Assembly: GCA_002633005.1 (NCBI GenBank)
Contig: NMRA01000216.1
Coordinates: 278,241-342,240 of the forward strand
From: Phoronis australis
Lineage: Eukaryota; Animalia; Phoronida
Reading direction: 5' to 3'
Length of the DNA: 64,000 nucleotides
This document shows, in pieces, positions 1 to 13,500 of the stretch; positions within the stretch are counted from its first letter, which is position 1, and every line of letters begins with the position of its first letter. The position numbers and the translations under genes were made by a program. Under the pieces are notes generated by a model, which had not been told where the DNA came from, did not search any database, and saw only the letters and a list, made by a program, of their open reading frames with translations.

Positions 1-3000
1 TGTCAAAACGTGAACTTTTCATTTATACCAATTATTGGTCTCAACTTGTCAAATTAGAGGTGATTTCAACAGTTGGAAAGAATGGGTAATTTGTTACATA
101 AAGACCAGGATCAACAACTTGGCTCGTCTTGGTGGGTCATTTTTTGTCATGCATTTTCTCAAGCAATAATGAACTGTCGGTTGTTTTCATGTCCAGAAAT
201 CATTTATTGTCTGAGAAGGGAACAAGATGAGACCCGTTTTAAAGCAGTAAGTGGTCTGAAACGAAATTTCATGTCATCGATGTCAACACGAAATCGTAGC
301 AGCTTTAACTGATCCAGTTTTAAGTGTGGTGCACAATCTAAGTTCAGTGCTATTAAAAAGTAACACAATTATTTAATTTTCTTAAACCATGAACAATTCA
401 GAACGCAACTTAAAAACTACACATTTCATGTATGTTTGTGACTGAGCCAGAACTAATGGACCGTTTCTTTTCAGCATTGTTGTGTACTTGATAACTTGTT
501 TCTTAATGACTTGTTTTTGTATTCCTTTTTGTCACTCACTTGAAATAGACTGTTGAAATGATAGTTGCATGTAGAACATTTGTTGGTCACGAAAAGCCGA
601 CCAAATCTTGGTACTTTTTTAACATGGTCTTTTATATAAATATTGTGTTAAGACTGGTTCATTTTCCAATAAACTTGAAAAGTATCCCTTCATTAATTTA
701 TTGGTTTGCCACATTCCCAATTAGGAGACAAAATTAAGCAACTTAATTATATGTTGGTAGCATCATGGGTTTATTTACTTGAAAGTACAGACCATCTACG
801 AACATTAACAATAATTTTGAAATTAGATAAAGGGATTTTTGTTTGTGTATAGGCTATATGTCGCCAGTTTCGCAACTCGGCTTTTCATACACTGTTAAAG
901 CCCATAAAACAGTTATAAACCCCCATGTTCAGTCATTTGGAAATTTTCACTTATGAATACCAAAGCTTGGTTTACCCTTAGTGACACTTCAGCTCCCAAA
1001 ACATAATTTCGTCACTTAAAGTGGCTTTTACCCTCCTCTTATAAAAACAAGTTTGATTTAGACTTATGGTTATGAATTTGGTCTCAAATTGATCTTCAGT
1101 CAAGTAGTTGTGGTTTCTGGGTTTCGTAAGAGCTGACAGTAAGTTATTTCTTGACGTCTGGCTCTTCGTGTTTTCTTGTGGGATCTTTAATTTTTGGAGC
1201 ATGATTTTGACCAATAACAAACCGTCACTACAAGACCAAAATTCACTTCTCATTTAAATAAGGAACAATATGAGACCCACTTTATTGCGGTATGGTAATT
1301 CTCTACGTACTTTGCGCAAAAATAAATGCCAATGACTTTGTTACTTATAGTGGATACTTTACCAAATGTTGTTTTACGGTATCTACACTGCAAAAAACAT
1401 GCCAGTAATAGACTAAAAATTTCTTAATCATTATTTTAGTGGGACAATATGACAAATGAATTTGTTGGCCATATTGTGGGCTAAGGGAAGAATTGCATGT
1501 CCATATTGAAGAAACATGGGTTGATAGATGGTTTAAAGGGGAAATTAGTCTCGCCTGTCGAAATATACTGTTGATTCTGGTCTTTCATTGGTCTAGTGTT
1601 CTTCACTGTTTCGAAATGATTTCTATATTTGAGACTTCACTGGTAATTATTTTCTTCAGACCATACCTAGGAAAGCAGCTACAAACCTGCACTCTATGTA
1701 TGAGGTAGACTACTGCTTTGAAGTTGGTCTCAATTCGTTCCTTACGTGGGCGGGACATTATGTCTGGATTTGTAAAGAACTGACAGCATATTTTTTCTTG
1801 AGGTCGTCAAGGCACATATAACGAGACAACGTGATGAGCCAATGTATAGAATCTGGTCACTAGTAGAGGTCTGAGTACTTATGAAGCCTCAAGGCACATT
1901 TGGGACAAAAATAATTACCAAAATTAATTTTCCTTTTTCAAGGTCTTCTAGCGTGACACATCAATTTTAAAAATGGCCTGGTGGTAGCTATTGTACAGAA
2001 CTTGAACATGATATAGCATTGATGGGTGCTATATATCTTTTATGAAAAAATGAGAAAATTTTAAATTTCACTTGTTCACCGTATTGTATCCTATGTTGAT
2101 GAGATTTTACTGATTGTAAACAAATTTACTATTCACTCAAAAGATGAGAACACAATATTTTGTTTTGGTTTGGGAGAGTAAATACGCCTGCAAAGAAAGT
2201 TAATGTTTTAACCTCGGAGCATGATGTAGTGTTATTGTGCGCAATTAGGAATTTCTAAGACACTAACACAGAGCCAAATCTAGAGGTTTCACACTGAAAC
2301 AAAAAAGTGGTTTTCGAAAATTGGAGTGGGTGTGGCCACATTCCTAATAGCCAGTAGTTTGAATCTGCATTTCTCTCTATTTGGCTGGCTAAAAACGAAA
2401 ATCAAAATATGGTGGTCCTTTTACTCTTATAAAATGAATCTCCAAATTGTCCTTTCCATGATAGGACTTGTTTTCTGTTCTTAAAAAGAAGTAACAAGTC
2501 CCCAAGAGGTCAAGAAACTCGTGAGAAATTCGTTGATTTTGTTGGGGTTGGCCAGTCCCAGAGTTCGAAAGTGGTCTGCAAAAACTTCATTCGAAAATAG
2601 GTCGTTCACGTAAAACAGCAATTACCATTTCCCGTAAGTGCATCACATATTGCTTGTTGGGTACTCGATATTTGTTTCAAGTGACTGTTAAATGGGGCAA
2701 AATGCAGCTTTAAATACTACTGTGAGTGTCCTTAAGGCCTATCTTCAACAGCAACGCCTCTAAATTTGGTTCCTACAGTATGTTAAAAGCATTGCTCTGA
2801 GCGACCCCACTAGTGCCATAAATTGCCAATTGGAATGAACTGGCGTGCTTTTGTCTATGTCACTGCAAGAATCACCTTTTTATTCAAGCAGCTGCAAATA
2901 ACACCCCTATTCAATACAACCTTTCGCTGTTAGTGCTGGTGCGCAGTGACGCAACATGACACGAAAAGGCAGCTTCACTTATCATTTGACGGGCTTACAT

Positions 3001-4010
3001 TTGCGTGGTTGAACTGACGTTTTCTTATTTTACTAAGGCTTTGCTAGGACTATCTGGTTAGCCCAATACATCTAAAATAACAAAATTCCGTTGAAGGTGG
3101 GCTTAAAGAATGTGAAAGACATTTCCACTTTGTCCTTGCGACAGTGTAATAACACCTTGTTGCTTTTCTCTTCTTTCCCCACTAAAATAAAATATTTTTG
3201 GAATATAATATAATGAAAAGGGTATTTGAATTATTTTTCAAAAACTTCAAATTGGAAACATGCCACTCTTGTCTTTCCAAGGGTTTTAAGTGTGTCTGTA
3301 GCTCAGCATTTGGGAACTCCTACTGAGGTTAAATGCCATGACACTACGATTCAAAGTATTGAAACAGCAGTTTTACAGGAATTTTGTTGGGAGAGTTAAA
3401 TGTAGAGATCCTGCAGAAGGGGTTCCAAAGGGTAAAATCTAATCAATTTCGGACAAATTGCCCTTTTCTCATTTTTCAAGGTCTTTTACTTTGTAAATGC
3501 TCAGTTTTCGAAATTTTGTGTGATTGTAGATATACAAAACTTGAACATGGTAAAGCATTAATTTGGTGTAATATATTATGTGAAAAAATAAAATGAAATT
3601 TCCTGCACAAATACATTTTACTTAATTTAAAATGGTGGTTATCAACTTTCAGCTGCAGTATATCCATTCCTGAGCACTACATCACCAAATGTGCCTAGAA
3701 CTAAGTGAAAAAGGCATTCAGCTGATGTTAGGTATTTTTTTTTGTTTTTGAAAATAAAACTGAAAAAATGTCACATGACGTCAAATATACTTTCTAGCCA
3801 ATAGGAATTTTAAAGTGGCGACAAATCTACACCTTCCAAAAGAAAATCGTTTTTTGACTTTGGCTATAAATCCATTTTGTTTTTTTCTTGGATTAGTAAT
3901 GTTTTCTAATTTTGAAAAGAAGTTAGGTTATTGTCCAATCCCTTTAAACTGCTTGTCATGAATAATTTCAAAAAATACCAAACCCAGTTTTGGCCTACTG
4001 ACAGAATATC

Positions 4011-5348
4011 AACTTTCCCATCCAGTTCTCTGAAACAAGATAGTGCTCTTTAAGCCTCAAAATTTTGGAGCAAAATTTGGAAACTTACAAAGTCTATTAA
4101 ATGGGCAAGGCATGACATACACTTTAGGGAAGTTCCACAACCACTATAGAGCAAGACCACCCACCAAGAACCATAATATCCAATTAGTGACACAGAAAGT
4201 AAGAATTTTTACTGGAATCCTGCTAAAGTGTGGTGCCAGTGATGTATTAGCCGGTGACAGAACGAGGATTTGTAGAAATCACCAAAACAGGGTTTATTAT
4301 CCTTTTAAGTTGCCATGGTGTTACAGCACTCGGGGGACTTCATATTTTTCAAAGTAAAAATAATTCTGGTGTTCATAGAGTTTTAATTTTTGATTTTCTG
4401 GTGGCAAGCTTTGAAATAGCCAAATTCAATCCACCAAGTTGCTTTCAACAAGCTTGATAGTAAAAATGCAAAATGAGTTGAAGTTAATGGTATATTAACT
4501 TTTTGAAACTCAAATTAACATATTTGAGCATATAGTAAAACTCGCCAAAGTCTTGTCCAACGGAATGAATAGATTTTATTAGAGTAAGGTGAAACCGACT
4601 GACCTGAAGCGCTAAGTGTATGAACTAGAACATGGTATCCACTGAACTTAGTCCAAGTTACGTGAAAGTCACGACTTGTGCATGTCCGACTTGATGCGAG
4701 TTTTACTGTATGTCCAGAAGGCTTTTACCTTTTGAACAAAAAAAATCAGATTGTTGATGCAGTCTTCGCTTTTTTTTGTTAAAGTGAAAAATTAATTATT
4801 TTGCTCTAGGTCAGAGTTTGTCCTAAATTCTAAAAATATTGGCCGTCCCAAATTCAAGAATCACCGTAAAGACAGCAAAATTATCCACTCAGTAGATTGA
4901 AAGCACGTTGTCTAAAATTTGATAAATATGGCGAAAGCAATAATCGCCTTTGTCTCAAATTCTAAAATAGAAACTCAATTTTTGTGGGAGTTTCTGTGTC
5001 CCAAATTCTAGACTCTGCCCCATACTGGAGATTTTTTGCCGTAGTTAAAGGGATACTAAACCCTGTTTTGCTGATTTCAAACAATTCTGTCCCTGGTTAA
5101 TGCACAACAGGTGTCTCCCCCTAGTGTGATAAAAACAAGGTTCTACTAAAAGCACTGTGCCCTAGAATGGTTATTATGGTTCTTGGTGGATGGTCTTTTC
5201 CTACAATTCCCGTGTAACTACGTCTAAAGTATGGGTCATGCTTGCCCATTGAGAAGACTCGGGAGTTTAGAGAATTTGTTTTAAACCTTCGAGGGTTGAT
5301 GAGAGTTCCAAGGCATTATGTTGTTTGAGAGAGCTGGATGGGAAAGTT
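4011..5348. repeat. Pair of diverged inverted repeats (~4011-4177 and ~5172-5348)
   Basis: aactttcccatccag...aatgggcaaggcatgac...gaccacccaccaagaaccataat versus attatggttcttggtggatggtc...gtcatgcttgcccatt...ctggatgggaaagtt. Confidence 0.72.
4533..4708. mobile_element. MITE, Tc1/mariner-pogo type (CAGT-like ends, TA flanks)
   Basis: Termini tagtaaaactcgc...gcgagttttactg with TA on both sides. Related copy at 35600-35771. Confidence 0.75.
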
Positions 5349-7595
5349 GTTCATGGCCTGTTAAAGGTCTAAATTGGATTTGGTAAGGTGGAAAAATCCC
5401 TTAGCTTGTGGGTTAGCATTTAGCATTAAATTGAGAAAAAGGTAGGACTAGGCATTGAACCAAACCTGGGGTTGTAAACAGTCTTTTATGAAGTCCTGAT
5501 GGGTGTTTACCTGACCCACTGATAGGAGTTGTTAACCTTATTGTTGCAATAGTGTTAGTTGCTGTGCATGGTGAAATACCAAACAGAATATTGTCGGTCG
5601 GAACTAAACATTTCACTGTCAACCAGAGGTAACCAGGTATTGCGGGATTTAAGAGACGATGTTCTGCATTGGTGGATGTTCAAAAAGATGAATGAAAGTT
5701 GCAAATAGGATACAATGTAGATCTGAAGTGGCTTATAATCAAGTATGAGTGTTTGAGAGTAAATATTTGAAAATTCAGAGTAAGCGTCATGTTAGGTGCA
5801 GAATTTCTTGTCTGAAATAATTTTGAGTACTCCCAGGCAGTTTTGATCAGGTGAGACCAAAAACAACACTTTGAGGTTAAAATCTAGTTGGAAATCAGAA
5901 ATTAAAACTGCTTTTGATTTGGATTATAATATTTCCTGAAAATCAAAATTACGTTAAAATCAGCATATGCATCCCATGTAGTCCACTTTATCAGTACACG
6001 GGCAGCGAACTATAGGGAGCTGGGGGGGGGGGGCTATAGCCCCCACTTACTTCAGTGCTGCGTCTCCCATCCAATAGTGTTAGAAATGTGCTTTATTTAA
6101 AAATAAAAAGCTTTATAGACAAGAAATTGTAAAACAACAATGGCTTCAACAAAACAAAAACACATTGTGCATTTTTTTCACCTACTGGTACACAAGTCAA
6201 TAAAAATGCTTTTGTGCATTTAAGCTATTTTAGTATGTTTACTTTTAACAAAAGTTAGCATTTCCAAAATCAAAACCAGTGAAACTTGCTTTTAGCCATT
6301 GATGTGTCACCAGCTTAAGCACATTTAGAGTTGAGAAGTAAAATTTTTTTGAAAATTCTGAACCCGTGCTCTCTAAAAGAAAGTTGTACCTAATGTTTTG
6401 GCGTTTTGTACAGTACAGCTGTCATCAAACTGTTGATTTTTTTTAATTGCTGCCATGTAAGTTTGACGAACTGAAAATGGCAATTTTGTGCAGAATAGCA
6501 GAGGTACTGGAGGTTGAATTTAGGATGTGGGAAGTGAGAGTACAAAACTTTGCTACCTACAGAAAATCGCAGTTATCTGCACTTAAACGCGTGGAACACA
6601 GATTGCGATAATTCCTTCTAAGAGATGAGATTACATAACCCACCTCATTTATCTCACCTTACTGAGTGTTCTATATTTGTTTCCATTAACTGCGTCTTAA
6701 TTGGTGGTAACTATGGCAACAGCTGAACTGTTGTGCTTGCATTGAACGATCAGCCTCCTGTGCACTAACCTCACTAAAAAGCAAGACTTCTTAAGGTTAC
6801 ACGAGATATTGCCGTGTATTTTAAACGAGAACACGTGACTTTGGCTAGATTTTAGCTAGGTCCTGGTGTAGGTCCTAGCATTACGGAACGCATGCCGGGT
6901 CTTTAGCCACAGATAACAATTAACAAACCTGCTCACAACTCGGTTGTTTAACTTGTAAATTAGACCACTCAGTTGTTGAACTGGTTTCATATTATTCCTA
7001 ACTCAAGTGTTTTTCTTGTTGGAAAGAACAATTCTGTAGTGCTCGAGACCAGGATTATTATGTTGGTTTAGCATTCTGGGTCATTTGTGTTACCAAGTGT
7101 GGCCTCGGAAAGGAACTCGGTTCTTGCTGAGCCCATAAATTGCTTCGTATCTGAGTAAAGATCAAAATCCAGACACCCTTTACAACAGCAAGCACTCAAA
7201 ATCTGAACCTATTGGCAGAAGGCCTGTTCATGGACGGTTTACAAAATACAGCAAAGTCAGTCGGATATGCATGAGTCGGAATTCCACTTTACTCTTTTTT
7301 GTGAACTTTGGCCTTTAGTTAAGTCAGATTTTTAACTAATTGGTCTGGTTGGATCAAAGTTATGCAAGTTTTCTGTAACTTGTGAAGTGGTTGCTGTGTG
7401 TTGGGTTTCATGGGGACATTCATCTAAATGCATTGCACAAACAGACGTGAAAATAAAATGTGGTGGTGTGAATCGGTCGTATTTGTCATCAAAATACAAC
7501 TGTTTGGATTCGGTGTAATTAGTTACACTCGTTGCAATGGTTCAAACCAGTGACTGTGAAGAAGTGAACTGACTGAAACTTCTTGTTTTATACAG

Positions 7596-10500
7596 ATCAA
7601 GCACAAACAGTTTGAAAAGGTGGAGAAGGTAAGATGTGTGTTTTAGAACTACCATTATTAGATATGACGAAGTCTTCAAGTTTGGACGTAAATTGCTTTG
7701 AAAATCCCTTTTGCAATTGCTCAAACTCTTGTATTCTGAAAAATGATGCATAGAATTGGACCATGTGTTGGACGACACTGTAGGTACTAAATGTGCTACT
7801 AAAAGGGCCGCTATAGTTTTGTGTTCCGTTGCCAAAAAAAAACAAGTTTGATTTAGACCCCTTACCATTGTGAAGTTGGTCTTAAATTGTTCCTTATTGA
7901 AAATGGATTTTATTGCTTGTGCAAGCTGTGCTGAGAGGAGCTGACAGTTCGTTATTGTTTGAGACTAGGCTCTACAGTTTGACTTGTGTCGTGTCATTTT
8001 ATTTTAATTAGCAAGCACAGTCTACAGAGCTTGCAATTTTCCTCTTCAGAGGATTTCCTCTTGTGGTTTCTATTTCCTTTTGTTTGATTCAGTTTCCTCT
8101 TTGTTGTCTCTATTTTATCATTATTTTGACTTTATTCTTGCAAAAACATTTACTTCAATTAAATTTTACTACGCCAAAAATAGTTCCATCGCATAAGCGT
8201 ACTATATGTAGAATGATACGTCACATGGAAAATTTTCTTTTTATCATGCGTCATTCGTAGCCTAGAGTCTAACAATAGGAAATTGTCATTTTTTTCAAAA
8301 TAAAAAATTCTCATCTTGGGGTATGCAGTAGGTTTAGACCAATTATAGAGTAGTTGGAGGTCTAAATCAAGGCTTGAGTCCAGTTTTTTTTCCTTAATAT
8401 TTTTATTTTGCTCTAGCATGATAATTACATGTCACATAAAACAATACTGTATACATCATTTACAAAGAATAACATTAAATTATTAGTCAACAAGTACCGT
8501 ATTTTCTTCAGGATGCAACTTAATAAAGTTTATGAACATTTGGAAATTGAGATTTTTGTAACAAACTTGGCTAAATATGTACTTTTTTGCAAGTATGGTC
8601 AACAGATTAATGTTTAAATTTCCCGCCTGAGTGTTTCCCAAAAAGACACAGAAACTTATTTTTTCCACACGAAAATTTACATGATATGTTTATTTTAACC
8701 ACTTGGCAAACAGGAGCCAGAAACCGGAGATAAGACGACATTCCCAAAACGGAGAAAAGTTTCACTGTGTTCTCCACAGAAAGAGCATAAATCACTTGTT
8801 TTTATTTTAATATTATGCAAATAATTATTGATCGGCAATACTCTGTGACTTAAGTGGTATTGAAACCAACACAATTTTGTATCTTTTGTACAATTGAAGG
8901 GTCACTAAAATGTGCATTATTTATAACGAAGTTTATATCTATCTCAGATGAGCTTGAGTCCAGTTTACATTCACTGCAACTTGAAGAAAAATTTCCATCC
9001 TATTACATTTTCGTTTACAAATTTTGACAAAACCAAATTTCTTTTGAGCTATATTGTGTTCTTAATTGAGGTTTTACGGTATTCAGCTCATTCAAAATGG
9101 CGGTCATACAATTGAAGTCACATGTTCATTTCATTAACATAACATTGAACAAAAAGTTGAGACGATAGTGCTACAGATAATTGCAGTGAATTTGGGATAG
9201 GCCTACACTCCCTCTGCAATGACTCGTGGAACGTGTGTTCACACACATCCTTAACTTTGGTGGGAGGGCTGTGGTTGTCAATCAGATTTTTTCCTGTAAT
9301 TCATACATGAAATATTCCCGTTCCATGATTTTGCAAAACTTCCATCTTATTTTCCCGATCTTAGTGGCCGCTTACCAATTCTATCAACATTGCGCTTTAT
9401 ACATCTTCCTCTTTTGTACTAAAATAGTCTAATTATAACATTGCCTGGCATTATTGAAAACTGTAACCTCCGTTGCAAAATACAAACAGAAATAAGATCA
9501 ATATTAGGCAACTCACGATAAACATGATCTTTAATTTACTTTATTTTGTAAAACTGCCAGCAACACATTGCTAAGTCGTCTCTTAGTTGAGAATGAATGT
9601 AGAACAATGTGTGCTGAACTTTGGTAGTTCTCTGCAAACAGTTTGTCAGGAATCGGTTTAGTTGCTGTAACAGCATTCGATATGACTATTAAATTTGTTA
9701 ATCCTAATGACCTGTTCCAATCATACTAGTATCGTAATGTAAACATCAAAACCAATAAAATATGTATTGTGGAATTGTGGAGCTTGAATTTTGACAAAGG
9801 CCTCATAAAATTTTTTGAAATCGCACTCTTCTAGACAATTGAGAGATTATTATTGGAGTTTTCTCCTTGCCCAGTCACCTGTGTGTTATGGTCATCCAAA
9901 TATAGATAGTAACACAGTGTTTTCAATCGCCAATTGGCTAATCAATATTTTCAAAATTACCCACTGTTCTTTTGTTTTGTAACTACTGGTATTTTCTATG
10001 TTTAATTTACACAGAGTTTTCCTTTTAAATGTGTAAACATAATTCTCTTGGGTAGGACCCCAGAACACTTGTCCAGTTTTGGCAAAGTTTGGAATATCAT
10101 ATCTCCGAAATTACCTATCGTATTCATATGAAACTTTGTTGTTTGCACTATTCTCAAAAATGCTGATAGGAATTATTTTTAAAATGTTCCACTTTTGCTG
10201 GAGGGGCTATCAAAAATAAGACAAAATAATTTAGAAAACCAACAGCATTTCTAAGATTTCAACTTGAATATGTATATCAAATGAAATTTGCTTAATGTTG
10301 TTGATACTGTTGCTGTGCTATCGTTTTACCAAAAAGATATGATCACATGACCCAATTAAAGACAGATTGTTGAAAAGTAACAAAAGATTAAACTGAATGG
10401 ACTTTCCACCAGAAAATATAGTTTTTTGGCTCAATACACACTGTCAGACACATGAATAAGCTCCTACATAACTTTATAAGTCATCAGATTTTAAAGCAAA

Positions 10501-13500
10501 GGCAAAATTGTAATTGTTCACCAAGTGTGGGGATGTTTCTCCTAAATTTTGAGTGGTTCAGACGATGAATCAATTCTCTGTAATTCCAGTTGTTCCAAAG
10601 ATGTTTAATTAAAGTGCTTAACATCGACTTGTGGAAAACTTACCTGAACTACATCAAAGAAACAAAAGCCAAGCTGTCATCATTCCGGTAAGAAACGAAA
10701 GTCGGATATTTTTGGGCTCCATTGTCGAAACTTTGTATAGCTATGTTGCCAACAGATGTGCAACATGAAATTTTGTTTGGGCTTTAACTCTTGTCCTAAT
10801 TCTGGATTTTTTTAGACCAGATTGTTTAACTAATACGAAGTTGTCTGTGGTGAACCTGTTGCATGAAGGAGGGTGCGGTCTGTAATTAAAGAATTGCATT
10901 TTGTTGTATATAAGAAAAATATATAAAAATAAGATTCTTGCAAACCCAGCAACACCCCCTGCTAGTAAAAATAACTAGAGTGTTTTCAGCTTTGGCGAAG
11001 ATCATGTTCTTAAAAACACATTGAAGCATTATGTAATTCTATTCATCGAGCATAACTGGTTCTTTTTTTTAATTGTGTGTGCCATTGCATTTCACGTGAT
11101 GTGATGTTTGGCGTTATGGGACTGCTTATTGTTGCAGAGAAAAGATGGCCCAAGCCTATGACTTTGCTTTAGACAAGATTGGTATGGACATCATGTCCTA
11201 TCAAATCTGGGTCGACTATATTAATTTCCTTAAATCTGTGTAAGTATGTTGCATTAGTTGTACTTGATGTATTGGCTTCATAATACGAGTTTGGTGTTGT
11301 TATTAACGATTTTACTTGTAATTAAAAGAGTTAAAACATTGGAGTGTCACAGTTTGGAAATAGTCTGAATTAGAGATTGTATTTTCTTCTGGTAAATGGA
11401 AATGATAAACATTGTTTGTAATTCCTTGTAGTGTTTTGAGTAGTAGATTGTTGTAATTTTGTTTTTAGACTTTTGTTCTCATCCACCTCTGTTATCCATT
11501 TGTAAATGTGTGCTCTCCTGGATGCAAATTGTGCTCAAGTCTAGAATGCAACTTGTTGTGTTCGTGTTTTGTTTTCTGAAAAAATGTTTTCTGAAAAAAG
11601 GGTCATTTAAAAACATTTTACTAAAATCATTAAACATTACTATCAAGTTGAGCACGATTTCATAATTTTTGTTTATAGTTTTTCTGTAACAGGCAGCATT
11701 ATTATACTGCCTATTACAGTTTGGAGGGTTTCTGTTGTACCACCTTCTCAAAGTTTGAATGCTTGATCTGTATGAAACTGCTACTAAATGGAAGCCATTG
11801 TCTTAGAGAATTTCTGGAACATTAGGTACCTTCGATTTGGTGTGTGAATTGGCTTTAGAATGACTGTTTTGTACTGTAGCGCATTTGTAATTACTTGTCA
11901 ATGATTTATTCACATTTCAGAGAGGCTGTCGGTTCCTATGCAGAGAATCAAAAAATCACAGCTGTTCGCAAAGTCTACCAGCGTGGTGTGGTGAATCCTA
12001 TGATGAACATTGATATTCTCTGGAGAGATTACTGCGCTTATGAAAATGTGAGTTTGATAATCAGTACAGTCACCTTGTTTTAGCATACGTGCCAAAGATT
12101 ACCATTGTCATGATGGGTAATGACGAATCTTGATTCATCATTCCAGCTAGTGAATTCCAGTAGCACGGGGCCATTCGGTTCAATCTCTTTGTCTCGATAT
12201 TTTCAGGGTTGATCTGTGCTGTATGTGTTGACATTCATATACTCTAGTATGTGGATGCCAACTGCACTACATTCATATACAATAGCATGTGAATGCCAGC
12301 TGCACATACTATTGTATGTGACTATGGTGTAGTTTGAAAGATTCAACTATTCACCCGTCAGCTCAAATTCATTATTTCATTTCATGTAGTTGGATGACAA
12401 GTCCTGGCTCAAGAAATTGGAAGTTGTTTGTAATTATTTGTTCGAGCAGTTGCTTTTGACTGTTTCTCAATTATTTTCTATTTTGTGTTGTTACAGAAGT
12501 GCATACGTTCATTTTCAGAAAGTGGAAAGTGTAATATACATCAGCCTTCCATCACAAAAACCAGCTTTTGATTTAGACTTTTTACTGTCATGAAACTGGT
12601 CTCAACTCATGTATTAGTCCAATTGGAGGTGATTTCAGGTCTTTGAATGAGCTGATGAGTCGTTATTGCTTGAGAGCAGGCTTTACAGGTTGGCTTGTCA
12701 CGGTGGGTTATTGTATGCACGGAGTGTGATGTCGAGGAATAACAAACTGTCAGTCCTTTCAAAACCTAAAAATTACTTCTCATCTGACTAAGGAGCACGT
12801 TGAGGCCAATTTTACAGTGGTTAGTAAAATTAAGTCGACAGTGCCTTTCGTGTACGGAACGTGGGTTCATAGCTGCGTTTAAGTCAAAAATAGTTGTAAC
12901 AATTTGTCTGGATAAGCCATTAAAACAACTTTCTTCCACTTCAGAGCATTAACCAAATTATTGCCAAGAAGATGACTGAAGACAGAAGTCGGGACCACGT
13001 GCATGCCAGGCGAGTTGCTAAAGAGTACGAACAAACAACAAAGGGCCTCAACCGTAACATGCCGTCGGTACCTCCACAAAACGCACCTGATGAGTGTAAA
13101 CAGGTGAGTGCATTAGTTTAACATAAGATGTTGTTAAATATTTTTAATTTGTAGTTTGTAGTTAGTAATTACTTTTATCAAGACAGTTCTATTGGAATAA
13201 TGTCAGATGGCAAAATGTTTATTGTGCTATTAAATGTTTTATAGAGATTCAGTTGTTGGTTATGGATGTTATTGTTGTTATTGCTATTATTTTACCGTTT
13301 GCTGTATAACATGTCTTACATTTTTCTCCAGGTGGAGCTGTGGAAAAAATACATCCAGTGGGAGAAAAGTAACCCCATGAAAACTGAAGATCACTCTCTC
13401 ATCACAAAAAGAGGTAATTTTTATTTGCCCTTGCAGTACGCACTCATTGTGATGAATCGGGGGAAATTACCAAAAAACTGTTCATGTTTGGCATATGTCC

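Noticed and set aside
1831-1874. C/D box snoRNA (GTGATGA...CTGA)
   Set aside because: Only ~44 nt long, with no convincing terminal stem or recognisable guide sequence.
73-9432. Short 60-108 aa ORFs in the first 10 kb
   Set aside because: Intronic or repeat-derived chance ORFs; only the 33-nt CSTF3 exon is supported.
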